NCBI GenBank assembly: GCA_964290475.1 | Contig: CAXYPO010000002.1 | Location: forward strand, 580,146-612,145 | Length of the DNA: 32,000 bases | Direction: 5' to 3' | Source of the DNA: Enterobacter bugandensis | GTDB lineage: Bacteria; Pseudomonadota; Gammaproteobacteria; Enterobacterales; Enterobacteriaceae | In this document: piece by piece, positions 28,308 through 32,000 of the stretch | How the letters are laid out: each line of letters begins with the position of its first letter | Position numbering within the stretch: position 1 is the first letter of the stretch | The notes under the pieces: generated by a model | Databases searched by the model: none | Seen by the model: only the letters and a program-made list of their open reading frames with translations | What the model was told of the DNA's origin: nothing | Translations under genes and position numbers: made by a program

Positions 28308-28733
28308 TTATCCCGGTACATGGCAGGTGGTGTGGTAATAGGTACCGGCTGGCACTTTGATGGGGAAAATGTGGCAGGTTTTGACGTAGTCAGCAGGCTC
28401 CCCCTTGTACACATAAGCCGTCAGATGCTCCTTTTCCGGGAATGGCGTAACGCCGCCCCGGTGCCAAAACGACGCTTTAAGATAGAGATGGGTGTCGTAG
28501 ATGCTGTGGTAGCCATGGCGGATCGCATCTGACGAAGAGGCGGCGAGCGCGGCGTATACCGGGGTTTGCGAAGTATCGCTGGATGTTAATACTAATTGTT
28601 GCTGGGTAATGGCTACCCATGTTGTACAGCCCGGATTGGTACAGACAAACGTTGCTGCAAATCCCGGGGGCGTACTGGCAATAAAGCCCACTCCTGAAAG
28701 CAAAAATGGTAAAGAAAATTTAAATCTGCTCAT
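28308..28733 (-). CDS. Hypothetical exported protein
   Basis: 141 aa, clear signal peptide (MSRFKFSLPFLLSGVGFIASTPPGFAA). Mature part contains four cysteines; no family recognised. Confidence 0.7.
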   Translation of the reverse strand: MSRFKFSLPFLLSGVGFIASTPPGFAATFVCTNPGCTTWVAITQQQLVLTSSDTSQTPVYAALAASSSDAIRHGYHSIYDTHLYLKASFWHRGGVTPFPEKEHLTAYVYKGEPADYVKTCHIFPIKVPAGTYYHTTCHVPG

Positions 28734-29295
28734 TACATCTTGTCCTTAAAGCTTTTTATATCTTCATATTTAATATGCAAGCGTATTATTTCCTGAATAA
28801 CGGATGCGCGAAAAGTACGCCAGCAATGGCGTGGATTATAAAAACGACGTTATAAAATTAATAAGATGCGAAGGGGAGCAATCCTTAATTATCCAGCCAC
28901 AGGCTTTGCTGTCGTGGGATTAGGACAGGGATTTATCAATAACTTATGCATTAACAAACAGATAGCCATCAAATTCATAATTTAAATCTTTAGTTTTATC
29001 GCTGCTCCTGATTTTCTGCCCGCTAAGATGAGGCTTACTACCGCCGCTTTCTGTGATCTCTGTCGCTTTCAGGGTACTCTTTTTATTAATAGTGATCTCA
29101 GTGGCGGCATAAATATAAAATTTAATTACGATGCTGTTGAAGTATTCTTATTAATTATTGTAATAATCGCGCTGTTATAAAAATGATTAACGGTAAGAAA
29201 ATAGAGATTTCCCTCTAAGAAAAGTACCCGGATTTATCCTTTCTGAAGGCCGCTTCCAGTTTTGTCTTTCGGCAATAGCATTTCTTTTGCGATAA

Positions 29296-29311
29296 CTGTA
29301 TAAATACACAG
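29296..29311. promoter_or_regulatory. Candidate LexA (SOS) box
   Basis: CTGTATAAATACACAG compared with consensus CTGTATATATATACAG (14/16, CTG-N10-CAG), 20 nt upstream of ATG 29332. Confidence 0.65.
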
Positions 29312-29331
29312 CCATCAGAAAAGGAGTGCTT

Positions 29332-30084
29332 ATGAACAGCTTTTATTCGCAGCAGGCCTGCTGCACGGTGCGCTGGCTGGATCTGCCCGGCCATGGCGAA
29401 CCGCTGGTGTTTATCCACGGTCTCGGCTGCGCCTCATCTTATGAATATCCCCGTATTGTCTGCGACCCGGCATTCGGTGCCCGCCGGGCGATCCTGATCG
29501 ACCTTCCCGGCAGCGGCTACAGTGATAAACCCACCGCTTATGGCTATCACACCAGCGCCCAGGCACGGGTGGTCATCGAGCTTCTGCAACACCTCAACGT
29601 TGATACCTTCTGGCTATACGGGCACAGCATGGGCGGCAGTATCGCCATCGAAGCCGCAGCGCTTGGCGGCAAACGAGTCCTCGGGCTGATGGTCTCGGAA
29701 CCCAATTTCAGCGCCGGGGGCGGGCAGTTCAGCCGGGGAATTGCGGCGCAAACGGAAGCAGAGTTTATCCGCACGGGCTATCCGGCAATGCTGGAAGCCG
29801 AAACCTCCGGTTGGAAAGGGAGCCTTACAAGCAATGCCCCCTGGGCAGTATGGCGGGGCGCCGCCAGCCTGGTGAAGGGCGTTTCGCCCGCCTGGGGCGA
29901 CATTTTCATTAACCTGGCTGTCCCGACCTGGCTGATTTTTGGCGAACTTTCGCTGCCGGATGCGGACGAGGCGGCCATGCGCCAGCAGGGGGTAGCGGTA
30001 AAGATCCTACCCGACGCCGGACATTCCATGTCGCTGGAGAACCCCTCCGGGCTGGCGAAAATCCTCGCGGAATGCATGGGCTAA
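29332..30084 (+). CDS. Alpha/beta hydrolase
   Basis: GEPLVFIHGLGCASSYEY, nucleophile elbow YGHSMGGSIAIE, late histidine DAGHSMSLENPSG. Start ATG 29332 after AAAAGGAG. Confidence 0.88.
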   Translation: MNSFYSQQACCTVRWLDLPGHGEPLVFIHGLGCASSYEYPRIVCDPAFGARRAILIDLPGSGYSDKPTAYGYHTSAQARVVIELLQHLNVDTFWLYGHSMGGSIAIEAAALGGKRVLGLMVSEPNFSAGGGQFSRGIAAQTEAEFIRTGYPAMLEAETSGWKGSLTSNAPWAVWRGAASLVKGVSPAWGDIFINLAVPTWLIFGELSLPDADEAAMRQQGVAVKILPDAGHSMSLENPSGLAKILAECMG

Positions 30085-30108
30085 AAAAGGCCCGCCTGAG
30101 CGCGGGCC
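30083..30108 (-). terminator. Rho-independent terminator of srfC
   Basis: Minus strand GGCCCGC-gctcag-GCGGGCCTTTTTT. The T-run overlaps the hydrolase stop codon on the other strand. Confidence 0.9.
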
Positions 30109-30115
30109 GCAAGGG

Positions 30116-32000
30116 TTACGGCAGCAGGCTCTTTAACTGCTGGCGGGCAGCGGGGGAGATATCGTGCGGATGCTGATACCCGATATTCTCACAGGCCTGG
30201 GTATAGAGCGCGACCAGCCAGTCGTATACGTAGGCGGTGGCCGCGTGTACCGGCTGCTCCCCGAGCCGGGTCAGGCGCGGGGCGCTGCTGACCACCGTTG
30301 GGGTAACAAAGATCGGCTGCCCTTTGCGGATGCGGCTTGCCGGGCGCGATGAGGCAGGCGTCTGGGCGTAGCCGACCCAGCCGACAAAGTTGCCGAGCGC
30401 AGCGTGCAGCTGGGCGGCGCAGCTCTTGTCGGTATCAACAATCTTTTTCAGCGCTGCCGGCAGGTTCAGGCGGTAGCTGCTGGCGATCAGCACGTCGGCA
30501 ATATGTTGCAACACCGCGCTTTCCAGCCCCAGTCGGCTGGCGGTGCCCTCGTCGCGGCTCCACTGGCGCAGGTGGTTAACCCAGATGCTGTGGGCCTGTC
30601 GGGCTTTATCTTTCGGCTGCCAGCTCTCGTGGCTCTCCTGCGCGCCGTCGGCAAAGAGATCGATGGCGTCGGTAAAGAGGCCGTTGACCTGCTCTTCGCG
30701 CGGCTGCTGTACGTTAAGCAGGGTTTCGAAGGCGCTTAACGGCGGCAATAGCCCCTCCAGCAGTTCACCGTGGCGGGCGGCGCTCCCCTGCAGGGTGCGT
30801 ACCGTTGCCTCGGCGGTGGTACGCTGCGCATCGGGATCCTGGTTCAGCGGGGCAAGATAGCCCGCCATCAGCCTGTGCAGTTCCCGCCCAAGCCTGGCCT
30901 GCAGCGCCTGCAAGCGACGCTGGCGCAGCCCGGCGAGGGTCGCCTGGGAGAGCCACTCGATAACGCGCTGCATGCTGCTGCTGTCCAGCGCCTGCAGGGT
31001 GCCCCAGTGCTGGCCCGGTTTGCCCAGCAGCTGCTGCACCGCCTCATCAAGGTTAGCGCGGGTGGTAAAACGGGCGTCGTGCGGGGTGATAGCCCACACC
31101 ACGCCCGGCAGGGCGGCATCTTCCCCCGGCTGGGTGTCGTGCACCCAGTTCAGCAGCGCTCTGGCGGTGCTGGCGGTCTGGTCGTGCTGCCCGGTGGCGT
31201 TACAGATAACCAGCACGTCCGGCTGAAGCTGCTGGCGATAGTGTTCCAGCAGCCAGCGGCGCTTCGCCTGGGCCAGCGGCGCTTCGGGCTGAACCGAAGG
31301 GGCAGGAATATCAATGATCGCCACCTGGTCCAGCGCGGCGCTCTCGACCGGCAGCTCCAGCTCGCGGGTGAGCAGGGCGAGCAGATCCAGCGGAATGCTG
31401 ATGGCGTTAAGCAGCTCGCCGTTCAGCACCGGATGCAGCACCGCCTGCTGGACGTCCGGCTGGGTGATATCGCCGCAGGTCAGAAAACCTTCCGTGGGCA
31501 GGCCAAAGTTGTCTACCAGCAGGCTCACCGGCGCGGCCAGTTCGCTGGCGTGGCTGGTCTGGTGCAGAATATGCGCCAGCGCCAGCCACTCCTGGGTCAG
31601 TTCCTGCTGTTCGCCCCAGAGCAGCGACCAGACGCTGGCGCGGGTGCTGAGATCCAGAGACGGCAGCAGCAGCGCGAACTGATGCCACAGAGCATCGTCC
31701 ATCTGCCGGGCAGCGGCAGGAACGTGCTCCTGCCAGTAACGGGCGATGGCCCCGACATCTGCGGCGGTGATCCCCGGCACCGACTGGGGCTGGCGCAGCG
31801 CGCGCCACTTCTCCAGCCGCGCTTCGATCACCGCTTTGTCCACTGCCGGCACCGTGGCGCGGGTAATAAACAGCTGGACCAGCTCGGCCTCGGTAACCAG
31901 GCGCAGGCGCAGGGGAAAGGCGTCGTCGGCGGGCTCGTCGGCTGCCGGGGTAAAGCGGACTGCCATATTGGTCAGGGCGTGTCCGGGGTTAATATGGGCG
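30116..32000 (-). CDS. srfC: Putative virulence factor SrfC, 3' part (open at window edge)
   Basis: The 616-aa ORF reads upstream in frame without a stop to the window edge (AHINPGHALTN before MAVRFTP), so the gene is truncated by the window. Sequence style matches SrfC. Confidence 0.75.
   Translation of the reverse strand, partial: AHINPGHALTNMAVRFTPAADEPADDAFPLRLRLVTEAELVQLFITRATVPAVDKAVIEARLEKWRALRQPQSVPGITAADVGAIARYWQEHVPAAARQMDDALWHQFALLLPSLDLSTRASVWSLLWGEQQELTQEWLALAHILHQTSHASELAAPVSLLVDNFGLPTEGFLTCGDITQPDVQQAVLHPVLNGELLNAISIPLDLLALLTRELELPVESAALDQVAIIDIPAPSVQPEAPLAQAKRRWLLEHYRQQLQPDVLVICNATGQHDQTASTARALLNWVHDTQPGEDAALPGVVWAITPHDARFTTRANLDEAVQQLLGKPGQHWGTLQALDSSSMQRVIEWLSQATLAGLRQRRLQALQARLGRELHRLMAGYLAPLNQDPDAQRTTAEATVRTLQGSAARHGELLEGLLPPLSAFETLLNVQQPREEQVNGLFTDAIDLFADGAQESHESWQPKDKARQAHSIWVNHLRQWSRDEGTASRLGLESAVLQHIADVLIASSYRLNLPAALKKIVDTDKSCAAQLHAALGNFVGWVGYAQTPASSRPASRIRKGQPIFVTPTVVSSAPRLTRLGEQPVHAATAYVYDWLVALYTQACENIGYQHPHDISPAARQQLKSLLP

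Noticed and set aside
1-32000. CRISPR arrays, transposases, integrases, tRNA/rRNA genes, attachment-site duplications
   Set aside because: I saw no regularly spaced repeats, recombinase motifs or structural RNA genes by reading. Subtle short direct repeats would need a computed self-alignment to exclude.

Overview
The window looks like chromosomal DNA from a non-E. coli member of the Enterobacteriaceae. The backbone matches the E. coli rimL-ydcK-tehAB ... sutR-rlhA-yncJ ... ydcR-ydcSTUV-patD ... ortT neighbourhood, with several non-K-12 insertions. Cargo between the backbone genes: a peptidase T paralogue divergent from an orphan DppA-like binding protein; a DUF3313 lipoprotein; a divergent EamA transporter/AraC pair; a cyanide-insensitive-type cytochrome bd operon (cioA-cioB-DUF2474 peptide) with an LLM-class oxidoreductase and a YnfU-like zinc-ribbon protein. 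Between patD and ortT lies a block holding an orphan flagellin-like gene with a large unusual central domain and a tandem yeaR-yeaR-yoaG operon. Downstream are a secreted orphan protein, an alpha/beta hydrolase and the 3' part of srfC. The observations most worth following are: (1) the orphan flagellin, whose centre is replaced by a beta-rich domain and which has a FliA-like promoter; (2) a near-consensus LexA box about 20 nt upstream of the alpha/beta hydrolase ATG; (3) a roughly 320-bp structured intergenic element upstream of the cio operon end; (4) two short ORFs absent from the 60-aa ORF track; (5) the duplicated YeaR operon with a candidate NsrR half-site. I did not find a CRISPR array, integrase, transposase, rRNA or tRNA. 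I do not see a clearly recognisable new defence system. The flagellin block is the best candidate for something undescribed.
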